A DNA stretch of 64,000 nucleotides from the human T2T-CHM13v2.0 reference genome, Homo sapiens: assembly GCF_009914755.1 (NCBI RefSeq), contig NC_060925.1. One strand, given 5' to 3'. The translations under genes were made by a program, and so were the position numbers. The notes below the pieces were generated by a model. That model was not told where the DNA came from and made no database searches. It saw only the letters and a list, made by a program, of their open reading frames with translations. Positions 25,341-39,200 of this stretch are shown here, one piece after another (positions within the stretch are counted from its first letter, which is position 1; each line of letters opens with the position of its first letter).

Positions 25341-27379
25341 GAATTCTCAGTAACTTCCTTGTGTTGTGTGTATTCAACTGACAGAGTTGAACTTTCATTT
25401 AGAGAGAGCAGATTTGAAACACTGTTTTTGTGGAATTTGCAAGTGGAGATTTCAAGCGCTTTGGGGCCAAAGGCAGAAAAGGAAATATCTTCGTATAAAA
25501 ACTAGACAGAATCATTCTCAGAAACTGCTGCGTGATGTGTGCGTTCAACTCTCAGAGTTTAACTTTTCTTTTCATTCAGCGGTTTGGAAACACTCTGTTT
25601 GTAAAGTCTGCACGTGGAAATTTTGACCACTTAGAGGCCTTCGTTGGAAACGGGTTTTTTTCATGTAAGGCTAGACAGAAGAATTCCCAGTAACTTCCTT
25701 GTGTTGTGTGCATTCAACTCACAGAGTTGAACGTTCCCTTAGACAGAGCAGATTTGAAACACTCTATTTGTGCAATTTGCAAGTGTAGATTTCAAGCGCT
25801 TTAAGGTCAACGGCAGAAAAGGAAATATCTTCGTTTCAAAACTAGACAGAATCATTCCCACAAACTGCGTTGTGATGTGTTCGTTCAACTCACAGAGTTT
25901 AACCTTTCTGTTCATAGAGCAGTTAGGAAACACTCTGTTTGTAAAGTCTGTAAGTGGATATTCTGACATCTTGTGGCCTTCGTTGGAAACGGGATTTCTT
26001 CATATTCTGCTAGACAGAAGAATTCTCAGTAACTTCCTTGTGTTGCGTGTATTCAACTCACAGAGTTGAACGATCCTTTACACAGAGCAGACTTGAAACA
26101 CTCTTTTTGTGGAATTTGCAAGTGGAGATTTCAGCCGCTTTGAGGTCAATGGTAGAAAAGTAAATATCTTCGTATAAAGACTAGACAGAATGATTCTTAG
26201 AAACTCCTTTGTGATGTGTGCGTTCAACTCACAGAGTTTAACCTTTCTGTTCATAGAGCAGTTAGGAAACACTCTGTTTGTAAAGTCTGCAAGTGGATAT
26301 TCAGACCTCCTTTAGGCCTTCGTTGGAAACGGGATTTCTTCATATTCTGCTAGACAGAAGAATTCTCAGTAACTTCCTTGTGTTGTGTGTATTCAACTCA
26401 CAGAGTTGAACAATCCTTTACACAGAGCAGACTTGAAACACTCTTTTTGTGGAATTTGCAAGTGGAGATTTCAGCCGCTTTGTGGTCAATGGTAGAAAAG
26501 GAAATATCTTCGTATAAAGACTAGACAGAATGATTCTCATAAACTCCTTTGTGATGTGTGCGTTCAACTCACAGAGTTTAACTTTTCTTTTCATAGAGCA
26601 GTTAGGAAACACTCTGTTTGTAAAGTCTGCAAGTGGATATTCAGACCTCTTTGAGGCCTTCGTTGGAAACGGGATTTCTTCATATTCTGCTAGACAGAAG
26701 AATTCTCAGTAACTTCCTTGTGTTGTGTGTATTCAACTCACAGAGTTGAACGATCCTTTACACAGAGCAGACTTGAAACATTCTTTTTGTGGAATTTGCA
26801 AGTGGAGATTTCAGCCGCTTTGAGGTCAATGGTAGAATAGGAAATATCTTCCTATAGAAACTAGACAGAACGATTCTCAGAAACTCCTTTGTGATGTGTG
26901 CGTTCAACTCACAGAGTTTAACCTTTCTTTTCATAGAGCAGTTAGGAAACACTCTGTTTGTAAAGTCTGCAAGTGGATATTCAGACCTCTTTGAGGCCTT
27001 CGTTGGAAACGGGATTTCTTCATATTCTGCTAGACAGAAGAATTCTCAGTAACTTCCTTGTGTTGTGTGTATTCAACTCACAGAGTTGAACGATCCTTTA
27101 CACAGAGCAGACTTGAAACACTCTTTTTGTGGAATTTGCAAGTGGAGATTTCAGCCGCTTTGAGGTCAATAGTAGAAAAGGAAATATCTTCGTAGAAAAA
27201 CTAGACAGAATGATTCTCAGAAACTCCTTTGTGATGTGTGTGTTCAACTCACAGAGTTTAACCTTTCTTTTCATAGAGCAGTTAGTAAACACTCTGTTTA
27301 TAAAGTCTGCAAGTGGATATTCAGACCCCTTTGAGGCCTTCGTTGGAAACGGGATTTCTTCATATTATGCTAGACAGAA
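25341..27379 (+). repeat. Short HOR unit, 12-mer (A B c d e f), 2039 bp
   Basis: Anchor 25366->27405. Confidence 0.87.
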
Positions 27380-29418
27380 GAATTCTCAGTAACTTCCTTG
27401 TGTTGTGTGTATTCAACTGACAGAGTTGAACTTTCATTTAGAGAGAGCAGATTTGAAACACTGTTTTTGTGGAATTTGCAAGTGGAGATTTCAAGCGCTT
27501 TGGGGCCAAAGGCAGAAAAGGAAATATCTTCGTATAAAAACTAGACAGAATCATTCTCAGAAACTGCTGCGTGATGTGTGCGTTCAACTCTCAGAGTTTA
27601 ACTTTTCTTTTCATTCAGCGGTTTGGAAACACTCTGTTTGTAAAGTCTGCACGTGGAAATTTTGACCACTTAGAGGCCTTCGTTGGAAACGGGTTTTTTT
27701 CATGTAAGGCTAGACAGAAGAATTCCCAGTAACTTCCTTGTGTTGTGTGCATTCAACTCACAGAGTTGAACGTTCCCTTAGACAGAGCAGATTTGAAACA
27801 CTCTATTTGTGCAATTTGCAAGTGTAGATTTCAAGCGCTTTAAGGTCAACGGCAGAAAAGGAAATATCTTCGTTTCAAAACTAGACAGAATCATTCCCAC
27901 AAACTGCGTTGTGATGTGTTCGTTCAACTCACAGAGTTTAACCTTTCTGTTCATAGAGCAGTTAGGAAACACTCTGTTTGTAAAGTCTGTAAGTGGATAT
28001 TCTGACATCTTGTGGCCTTCGTTGGAAACGGGATTTCTTCATATTCTGCTAGACAGAAGAATTCTCAGTAACTTCCTTGTGTTGTGTGTATTCAACTCAC
28101 AGAGTTGAACGATCCTTTACATAGAGCAGACTTGAAACACTCTTTTTGTGGAATTTGCAAGTGGAGATTTCAGCCGCTTTGAGGTCAATGGTAGAAAAGT
28201 AAATATCTTCCTATAAAGACTAGACAGAATGATTCTCAGAAACTCCTTTGTGATGTGTGCGTTCAACTCACAGAGTTTAACCTTTCTGTTCATAGAGCCG
28301 TTAGGAAACACTCTGTTTGTAAAGTCTGCAAGTGGATATTCAGACCTCTTTGAGGCCTTCGTTGGAAACGGGATTTCTTCATATTATGCTAGACAGAAGA
28401 ATTCTCAGTAACTTCCTTGTGTTGTGTGTATTCAACTCACAGAGTGGAACGATCCTTTACACAGAGCAGACTTGAAACATTCTTTTTGTGGAATTTGCAA
28501 GTGGAGATTTCAGCCGCTTTGAGGTCAATGGTAGAATAGGAAATATCTTCCTATAGAAACTAGACAGAACGATTCTCAGAAACTCCTTTGTGATGTGTGC
28601 GTTCAACTCACAGAGTTTAACCTTTCTTTTCATAGAGCAGTTAGGAAACACTCTGTTTGTAAAGTCTGCAAGTGGATATTCAGACCTCCTTGAGGCCTTC
28701 GTTGGAAACGGGATTTCTTCATATTCTGCTAGACAGAAGAATTCTCAGTAACTTCCTTGTGTTGTGTTTATTCAACTCACAGAGTTGAATGATCCTTTAC
28801 ACAGAGCAGACTTGAAACACTCTTTTTGTGGAATTTGCAAGTGGAGATTTCAGCCGCTTTGAGGTCAATGGTAGAAAAGTAAATATCTTCGTATAAAGAC
28901 TAGACAGAATGATTCTCAGAAACTCCTTTGTGATGTGTGCGTTCAACTCACAGAGTTTAACCTTTCTGTTCATAGAGCTGTTAGGAAACACTCTGTTTGT
29001 AAAGTCTGCAAGTGGATATTCAGACCTCCTTTAGGCCTTCGTTGGAAACGGGATTTCTTCATATTCTGCTAGACAGAAGAATTCTCAGTAACTTCCTTGT
29101 GTTGTGTGTATTCAACTCACAGAGTTGAACGATCCTTTACACAGAGCAGACTTGAAACACTCTTTTTGTGGAATTTGCAAGTGGAGATTTCAGCCGCTTT
29201 GAGGTCAATAGTAGAAAAGGAAATATCTTCGTAGAAAAACTAGACAGAATGATTCTCAGAAACTCCTTTGTGATGTGTGTGTTCAACTCACAGAGTTTAA
29301 CCTTTCTTTTCATAGAGCAGTTAGTAAACACTCTGTTTATAAAGTCTGCAAGTGGATATTCAGACCCCTTTGAGGCCTTCGTTGGAAACGGGATTTCTTC
29401 ATATTATGCTAGACAGAA
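27380..29418 (+). repeat. 12-mer derived from the long unit (A B g/i e j f), 2039 bp
   Basis: Anchor 27405->29444. The dimers are i, e, j, f rather than c, d, e, f. Confidence 0.82.
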
Positions 29419-32400
29419 GAATTCTCAGTAACTTCCTTGTGTTGTGTGTATTCAACTGACAGAGTTGAACTTTCATTTAGAGAGAGCAGATTTGAAACAC
29501 TGTTTTTGTGGAATTTGCAAGTGGAGATTTCAAGCGCTTTGGGGCCAAAGGCAGAAAAGGAAATATCTTCGTATAAAAACTAGACAGAATCATTCTCAGA
29601 AACTGCTGCGTGATGTGTGCGTTCAACTCTCAGAGTTTAACTTTTCTTTTCATTCAGCGGTTTGGAAACACTCTGTTTGTAAAGTCTGCACGTGGAAATT
29701 TTGACCACTTAGAGGCCTTCGTTGGAAACGGGTTTTTTTCATGTAAGGCTAGACAGAAGAATTCCCAGTAACTTCCTTGTGTTGTGTGCATTCAACTCAC
29801 AGAGTTGAACGTTCCCTTAGACAGAGCAGATTTGAAACACTCTATTTGTGCAATTTGCAAGTGTAGATTTCAAGCGCTTTAAGGTCAACGGCAGAAAAGG
29901 AAATATCTTCGTTTCAAAACTAGACAGAATCATTCCCACAAACTGCGTTGTGATGTGTTCGTTCAACTCACAGAGTTTAACCTTTCTGTTCATAGAGCAG
30001 TTAGGAAACACTCTGTTTGTAAAGTCTGTAAGTGGATATTCTGACATCTTGTGGCCTTCGTTGGAAACGGGATTTCTTCATATTCTGCTAGACAGAAGAA
30101 TTCTCAGTAACTTCCTTGTGTTGTGTGTATTCAACTCACAGAGTTGAATGATCCTTTACACAGAGCAGACTTGAAACACTCTTTTTGTGGAATTTGCAAG
30201 TGGAGATTTCAGCCGCTTTGAGGTCAATGGTAGAAAAGTAAATATCTTCGTATAAAGACTAGACAGAATGATTCTTAGAAACTCCTTTGTGATGTGTGCG
30301 TTCAACTCACAGAGTTTAACCTTTCTGTTCATAGAGCAGTTAGGAAACACTCTGTTTGTAAAGTCTGCAAGTGGATATTCAGACCTCCTTTAGGCCTTCG
30401 TTGGAAACGGGATTTCTTCATATTCTGCTAGACAGAAGAATTCTCAGTAACTTCCTTGTGTTGTGTGTATTCAACTCACAGAGTTGAACAATCCTTTACA
30501 CAGAGCAGACTTGAAACACTCTTTTTGTGGAATTTGCAAGTGGAGATTTCAGCCGCTTTGAGGTCAATGGTAGAAAAGGAAATATCTTCGTATAAAGACT
30601 AGACAGAATGATTCTCATAAACTCCTTTGTGATGTGTGCGTTCAACTCACAGAGTTTAACTTTTCTTTTCATAGAGCAGTTAGGAAACACTCTGTTTGTA
30701 AAGTCTGCAAGTGGATATTCAGACCTCTTTGAGGCCTTCGTTGGAAACGGGATTTCTTCATATTCTGCTAGACAGAAGAATTCTCAGTAACTTCCTTGTG
30801 TTGTGTGTATTCAACTCACAGAGTTGAACGATCCTTTACACAGAGCAGACTTGAAACATTCTTTTTGTGGAATTTGCAAGTGGAGATTTCAGCCGCTTTG
30901 AGGTCAATGGTAGAATAGGAAATATCTTCCTATAGAAACTAGACAGAACGATTCTCAGAAACTCCTTTGTGATGTGTGCGTTCAACTCACAGAGTTTAAC
31001 CTTTCTTTTCATAGAGCAGTTAGGAAACACTCTGTTTGTAAAGTCTGCAAGTGGATATTCAGACCTCTTTGAGGCCTTCGTTGGAAACGGGATTTCTTCA
31101 TATTCTGCTAGACAGAAGAATTCTCAGTAACTTCCTTGTGTTGTGTGTATTCAACTCACAGAGTTGAACGATCCTTTACACAGAGCAGACTTGAAACACT
31201 CTTTTTGTGGAATTTGCAAGTGGAGATTTCAGCCGCTTTGAGGTCAATAGTAGAAAAGGAAATATCTTCGTAGAAAAACTAGACAGAATGATTCTCAGAA
31301 ACTCCTTTGTGATGTGTGTGTTCAACTCACAGAGTTTAACCTTTCTTTTCATAGAGCAGTTAGTAAACACTCTGTTTATAAAGTCTGCAAGTGGATATTC
31401 AGACCCCTTTGAGGCCTTCGTTGGAAACGGGATTTCTTCATATTATGCTAGACAGAAGAATTCTCAGTAACTTCCTTGTGTTGTGTGTATTCAACTGACA
31501 GAGTTGAACTTTCATTTAGAGAGAGCAGATTTGAAACACTGTTTTTGTGGAATTTGCAAGTGGAGATTTCAAGCGCTTTGGGGCCAAAGGCAGAAAAGGA
31601 AATATCTTCGTATAAAAACTAGACAGAATCATTCTCAGAAACTGCTGCGTGATGTGTGCGTTCAACTCTCAGAGTTTAACTTTTCTTTTCATTCAGCGGT
31701 TTGGAAACACTCTGTTTGTAAAGTCTGCACGTGGAAATTTTGACCACTTAGAGGCCTTCGTTGGAAACGGGTTTTTTTCATGTAAGGCTAGACAGAAGAA
31801 TTCCCAGTAACTTCCTTGTGTTGTGTGCATTCAACTCACAGAGTTGAACGTTCCCTTAGACAGAGCAGATTTGAAACACTCTATTTGTGCAATTTGCAAG
31901 TGTAGATTTCAAGCGCTTTAAGGTCAACGGCAGAAAAGGAAATATCTTCGTTTCAAAACTAGACAGAATCATTCCCACAAACTGCGTTGTGATGTGTTCG
32001 TTCAACTCACAGAGTTTAACCTTTCTGTTCATAGAGCAGTTAGGAAACACTCTGTTTGTAAAGTCTGTAAGTGGATATTCTGACATCTTGTGGCCTTCGT
32101 TGGAAACGGGATTTCTTCATATTCTGCTAGACAGAAGAATTCTCAGTAACTTCCTTGTGTTGTGTGTATTCAACTCACAGAGTTGAACGATCCTTTACAC
32201 AGAGCAGACTTGAAACACTCTTTTTGTGGAATTTGCAAGTGGAGATTTCAGCCGCTTTGAGGTCAATGGTAGAAAAGGAAACTATCTTCATATAAAGATT
32301 AGACAGAATGATTCTCAGAAAATCTTTTGTGATGTGTGCGTTCAACTCACAGAGTTTAACTTTTCTTCTCATAGAGCAGTTAGGAAACACTCTGTTTGTA

Positions 32401-35400
32401 AAGTCTGCAAGTGGATATTCAGACCTCTTTGAGGTCTTCGTTGGAAACGGGATTTCTTCATATTATGCTAGACAGAATAATTCTCAGTAACTTCCTTGTG
32501 TTGTGTGTATTCAACTCACAGAGTTGAAGGATCCTTTACAGAGAGCAGGCTTGAAACACTCTTTTTGTCGAATTTGCAAGTGGAGATTTCAGCCGCTTTG
32601 TGGTCAATGGTAGAATAGGAAATATCTTCTTATAGAAACTAGACAGAATGATTCTCATAAACTCCTTTGTGATGTGTGCGTTCAACTCACAGAGTTTAAC
32701 CTTTCTTTTCATAGAGCAGTTAGGAAACACTCTGTTTGTAAAGTCTGCAAGTGGATATTCAGACCTCCTTGAGGCCTTCGTTGGAAACGGGATTTCTTCA
32801 TATTCTGCTAGACAGAAGAATTCTCAGTAACTTCCTTGTGTTGTGTTTATTCAACTCACAGAGTTGAATGGTCCTTTACACAGAGCAGACTTGAAACACT
32901 CTTTTTGTGGAATTTGCAAGTGGAGATTTCAGCCGTTTTGAGGTCAATGGTAGAAAAGTAAATATCTTCCTATAAAGACTAGACAGAATGATTCTCAGAA
33001 ACTCCTTTGTGATGTGTGCGTTCAACTCACAGAGTTTAACCTTTCTGTTCATAGAGCCGTTAGGAAACACACTGTTTGTAAAGTCTGCAAGTGGATATTC
33101 AGACCTCTTTGAGGCCTTCGTTGGAAACGGGATTTCTTCATATTATGCTAGACAGAATAATTCTCAGTAACTTCCTTGTGTTGTGTGTATTCAACTCACA
33201 GAGTGGAACGATCCTTTACACAGAGCAGACTTGAAACATTCTTTTTGTGGAATTTGCAAGTGGAGATTTCAGCCGCTTTGAGGTCAATGGTAGAATAGGA
33301 AATATCTTCCTATAGAAACTAGACAGAACGATTCTCAGAAACTCCTTTGTGATGTGTGCGTTCAACTCACAGAGTTTAACCTTTCTTTTCATAGAGCAGT
33401 TAGGAAACACTCTGTTTGTAAAGTCTGCAAGTGGATATTCAGACCTCCTTGAGGCCTTCGTTGGAAACGGGATTTCTTCATATTCTGCTAGACAGAAGAA
33501 TTCTCAGTAACTTCCTTGTGTTGTGTTTATTCAACTCACAGAGTTGAATGATCCTTTACACAGAGCAGACTTGAAACACTCTTTTTGTGGAATTTGCAAG
33601 TGGAGGTTTCAGCCGCTTTGAGGTCAATGGTAGAAAAGTAAATATCTTCGTATAAAGACTAGACAGAATGATTCTCAGAAACTCCTTTGTGATGTGTGCG
33701 TTCAACTCACAGAGTTTAACCTTTCTGTTCATAGAGCTGTTAGGAAACACTCTGTTTGTAAAGTCTGCAAGTGGATATTCAGACCTCCTTTAGGCCTTCG
33801 TTGGAAACGGGATTTCTTCCTATTCTGCTAGACAGAAGAATTCTCAGTAACTTCCTTGTGTTGTGTGTATTCAACTCACAGAGTTGAACGATCCTTTACA
33901 CAGAGCAGACTTGAAACACTCTTTTTGTGGAATTTGCAAGTGGAGATTTCAGCCGCTTTGAGGTCAATAGTAGAAAAGGAAATATCTTCGTAGAAAAACT
34001 AGACAGAATGATTCTCAGAAACTCCTTTGTGATGTGTGTGTTCAACTCACAGAGTTTAACCTTTCTTTTCATAGAGCAGTTAGTAAACACTCTGTTTATA
34101 AAGTCTGCAAGTGGATATTCAGACCCCTTTGAGGCCTTCGTTGGAAACGGGATTTCTTCATATTATGCTAGACAGAAGAATTCTCAGTAACTTCCTTGTG
34201 TTGTGTGTATTCAACTGACAGAGTTGAACTTTCATTTAGAGAGAGCAGATTTGAAACACTGTTTTTGTGGAATTTGCAAGTGGAGATTTCAAGCGCTTTG
34301 GGGCCAAAGGCAGAAAAGGAAATATCTTCGTATAAAAACTAGACAGAATCATTCTCAGAAACTGCTGCGTGATGTGTGCGTTCAACTCTCAGAGTTTAAC
34401 TTTTCTTTTCATTCAGCGGTTTGGAAACACTCTGTTTGTAAAGTCTGCACGTGGAAATTTTGACCACTTAGAGGCCTTCGTTGGAAACGGGTTTTTTTCA
34501 TGTAAGGCTAGACAGAAGAATTCCCAGTAACTTCCTTGTGTTGTGTGCATTCAACTCACAGAGTTGAACGTTCCCTTAGACAGAGCAGATTTGAAACACT
34601 CTATTTGTGCAATTTGCAAGTGTAGATTTCAAGCGCTTTAAGGTCAACGGCAGAAAAGGAAATATCTTCGTTTCAAAACTAGACAGAATCATTCCCACAA
34701 ACTGCGTTGTGATGTGTTCGTTCAACTCACAGAGTTTAACCTTTCTGTTCATAGAGCAGTTAGGAAACACTCTGTTTGTAAAGTCTGTAAGTGGATATTC
34801 TGACATCTTGTGGCCTTCGTTGGAAACGGGATTTCTTCATATTCTGCTAGACAGAAGAATTCTCAGTAACTTCCTTGTGTTGTGTGTATTCAACTCACAG
34901 AGTTGAATGATCCTTTACACAGAGCAGACTTGAAACACTCTTTTTGTGGAATTTGCAAGTGGAGATTTCAGCCGCTTTGAGGTCAATGGTAGAAAAGTAA
35001 ATATCTTCGTATAAAGACTAGACAGAATGATTCTTAGAAACTCCTTTGTGATGTGTGCGTTCAACTCACAGAGTTTAACCTTTCTGTTCATAGAGCAGTT
35101 AGGAAACACTCTGTTTGTAAAGTCTGCAAGTGGATATTCAGACCTCCTTTAGGCCTTCGTTGGAAACGGGATTTCTTCATATTCTGCTAGACAGAAGAAT
35201 TCTCAGTAACTTCCTTGTGTTGTGTGTATTCAACTCACAGAGTTGAACAATCCTTTACACAGAGCAGACTTGAAACACTCTTTTTGTGGAATTTGCAAGT
35301 GGAGATTTCAGCCGCTTTGAGGTCAATGGTAGAAAAGGAAATATCTTCGTATAAAGACTAGACAGAATGATTCTCATAAACTCCTTTGGGATGTGTGCGT

Positions 35401-36216
35401 TCAACTCACAGAGTTTAACTTTTCTTTTCATAGAGCAGTTAGGAAACACTCTGTTTGTAAAGTCTGCAAGTGGATATTCAGACCTCTTTGAGGCCTTCGT
35501 TGGAAACGGGATTTCTTCATATTCTGCTAGACAGAAGAATTCTCAGTAACTTCCTTGTGTTGTGTGTATTCAACTCACAGAGTTGAACGATCCTTTACAC
35601 AGAGCAGACTTGAAACATTCTTTTTGTGGAATTTGCAAGTGGAGATTTCAGCCGCTTTGAGGTCAATGGTAGAATAGGAAATATCTTCCTATAGAAACTA
35701 GACAGAACGATTCTCAGAAACTCCTTTGTGATGTGTGCGTTCAACTCACAGAGTTTAACCTTTCTTTTCATAGGGCAGTTAGGAAACACTCTGTTTGTAA
35801 AGTCTGCAAGTGGATATTCAGACCTCTTTGAGGCCTTCGTTGGAAACGGGATTTCTTCATATTCTGCTAGACAGAAGAATTCTCAGTAACTTCCTTGTGT
35901 TGTGTGTATTCAACTCACAGAGTTGAACGATCCTTTACACAGAGCAGACTTGAAACACTCTTTTTGTGGAATTTGCAAGTGGAGATTTCAGCCGCTTTGA
36001 GGTCAATAGTAGAAAAGGAAATATCTTCGTAGAAAAACTAGACAGAATGATTCTCAGAAACTCCTTTGTGATGTGTGTGTTCAACTCACAGAGTTTAACC
36101 TTTCTTTTCATAGAGCAGTTAGTAAACACTCTGTTTATAAAGTCTGCAAGTGGATATTCAGACCCCTTTGAGGCCTTCGTTGGAAACGGGATTTCTTCAT
36201 ATTATGCTAGACAGAA
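29419..36216 (+). repeat. 12-mer + 16-mer + 12-mer HOR units (2039, 2720, 2039 bp)
   Basis: Anchors 29444, 31483, 34203, 36242. Confidence 0.87.
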
Positions 36217-39200
36217 GAATTCTCAGTAACTTCCTTGTGTTGTGTGTATTCAACTGACAGAGTTGAACTTTCATTTAGAGAGAGCAGATTTGAAACACTG
36301 TTTTTGTGGAATTTGCAAGTGGAGATTTCAAGCGCTTTGGGGCCAAAGGCAGAAAAGGAAATATCTTCGTATAAAAACTAGACAGAATCATTCTCAGAAA
36401 CTGCTGCGTGATGTGTGCGTTCAACTCTCAGAGTTTAACTTTTCTTTTCATTCAGCGGTTTGGAAACACTCTGTTTGTAAAGTCTGCACGTGGAAATTTT
36501 GACCACTTAGAGGCCTTCGTTGGAAACGGGTTTTTTTCATGTAAGGCTAGACAGAAGAATTCCCAGTAACTTCCTTGTGTTGTGTGCATTCAACTCACAG
36601 AGTTGAACGTTCCCTTAGACAGAGCAGATTTGAAACACTCTATTTGTGCAATTTGCAAGTGTAGATTTCAAGCGCTTTAAGGTCAACGGCAGAAAAGGAA
36701 ATATCTTCGTTTCAAAACTAGACAGAATCATTCCCACAAACTGCGTTGTGATGTGTTCGTTCAACTCACAGAGTTTAACCTTTCTGTTCATAGAGCAGTT
36801 AGGAAACACTCTGTTTGTAAAGTCTGTAAGTGGATATTCTGACATCTTGTGGCCTTCGTTGGAAACGGGATTTCTTCATATTCTGCTAGACAGAAGAATT
36901 CTCAGTAACTTCCTTGTGTTGTGTGTATTCAACTCACAGAGTTGAACGATCCTTTACACAGAGCAGACTTGAAACACTCTTTTTGTGGAATTTGCAAGTG
37001 GAGATTTCAGCCGCTTTGAGGTCAATGGTAGAAAAGGAAACTATCTTCATATAAAGATTAGACAGAATGATTCTCAGAAAATCTTTTGTGATGTGTGCGT
37101 TCAACTCACAGAGTTTAACTTTTCTTCTCATAGAGCAGTTAGGAAACACTCTGTTTGTAAAGTCTGCAAGTGGATATTCAGACCTCTTTGAGGTCTTCGT
37201 TGGAAACGGGATTTCTTCATATTATGCTAGACAGAATAATTCTCAGTAACTTCCTTGTGTTGTGTGTATTCAACTCACAGAGTTGAAGGATCCTTTACAG
37301 AGAGCAGGCTTGAAACACTCTTTTTGTCGAATTTGCAAGTGGAGATTTCAGCCGCTTTGTGGTCAATGGTAGAATAGGAAATATCTTCTTATAGAAACTA
37401 GACAGAATGATTCTCATAAACTCCTTTGTGATGTGTGCGTTCAACTCACAGAGTTTAACCTTTCTTTTCATAGAGCAGTTAGGAAACACTCTGTAAAGTC
37501 TGCAAGTGGATATTCAGACCTCCTTGAGGCCTTCGTTGGAAACGGGATTTCTTCATATTCTGCTAGACAGAAGAATTCTCAGTAACTTCCTTGTGTTGTG
37601 TTTATTCAACTCACAGAGTTGAATGATCCTTTACACAGAGCAGACTTGAAACACTCTTTTTGTGGAATTTGCAAGTGGAGATTTCAGCCGCTTTGAGGTC
37701 AACGGTAGAAAAGTAAATATCTTCCTATAAAGACTAGACAGAATGATTCTCAGAAACTCCTTTGTGATGTGTGCGTTCAACTCACAGAGTTTAACCTTTC
37801 TGTTCATAGAGCCGTTAGGAAACACTCTGTTTGTAAAGTCTGCAAGTGGATATTCAGACCTCTTTGAGGCCTTCGTTGGAAACGGGATTTCTTCATATTA
37901 TGCTAGACAGAAGAATTCTCAGTAACTTCCTTGTGTTGTGTGTATTCAACTCACAGATTTGAACGATCCTTTACACAGAGCAGACTTGAAACATTCTTTT
38001 TGTGGAATTTGCAAGTGGAGATTTCAGCCGCTTTGAGGTCAATGGTAGAATAGGAAATATCTTCCTATAGAAACTAGACAGAACGATTCTCAGAAACTCC
38101 TTTGTGATGTGTGCGTTCAACTCACAGAGTTTAACCTTTCTTTTCATAGAGCAGTTAGGAAACACTCTGTTTGTAAAGTCTGCAAGTGGATATTCAGACC
38201 TCTTTGAGGCCTTCGTTGGAAACGGGATTTCTTCATATTCTGCTAGACAGAAGAATTCTCAGTAACTTCCTTGTGTTGTGTGTATTCAACTCACAGAGTT
38301 GAACGATCCTTTACACAGAGCAGACTTGAAACACTCTTTTTGTGGAATTTGCAAGTGGAGATTTCAGCCGCTTTGAGGTCAATAGTAGAAAAGGAAATAT
38401 CTTCGTAGAAAAACTAGACAGAATGATTCTCAGAAACTCCTTTGTGATGTGTGTGTTCAACTCACAGAGTTTAACCTTTCTTTTCATAGAGCAGTTAGGA
38501 AACACTCTGTTTATAAAGTCTGCAAGTGGATATTCAGACCCCTTTGAGGCCTTCGTTGGAAACGGGATTTCTTCATATTATGCTAGACAGAAGAATTCTC
38601 AGTAACTTCCTTGTGTTGTGTGTATTCAACTGACAGAGTTGAACTTTCATTTAGAGAGAGCAGATTTGAAACACTGTTTTTGTGGAATTTGCAAGTGGAG
38701 ATTTCAAGCGCTTTGGGGCCAAAGGCAGAAAAGGAAATATCTTCGTATAAAAACTAGACAGAATCATTCTCAGAAACTGCTGCGTGATGTGTGCGTTCAA
38801 CTCTCAGAGTTTAACTTTTCTTTTCATTCAGCGGTTTGGAAACACTCTGTTTGTAAAGTCTGCACGTGGAAATTTTGACCACTTAGAGGCCTTCGTTGGA
38901 AACGGGATTTTTTCATGTAAGGCTAGACAGAAGAATTCCCAGTAACTTCCTTGTGTTGTGTGCATTCAACTCACAGAGTTGAACGTTCCCTTAGACAGAG
39001 CAGATTTGAAACACTCTATTTGTGCAATTTGCAAGTGTAGTTTTCAAGCTCTTTAAGGTCAACGGCAGAAAAGGAAATATCTTCGTTTCAAAACTAGACA
39101 GAATCATTCCCACAAACTGCGTTGTGATGTGTTCGTTCAACTCACAGAGTTTAACCTTTCTGTTCATAGAGCAGTTAGGAAACACTCTGTTTGTAAAGTC

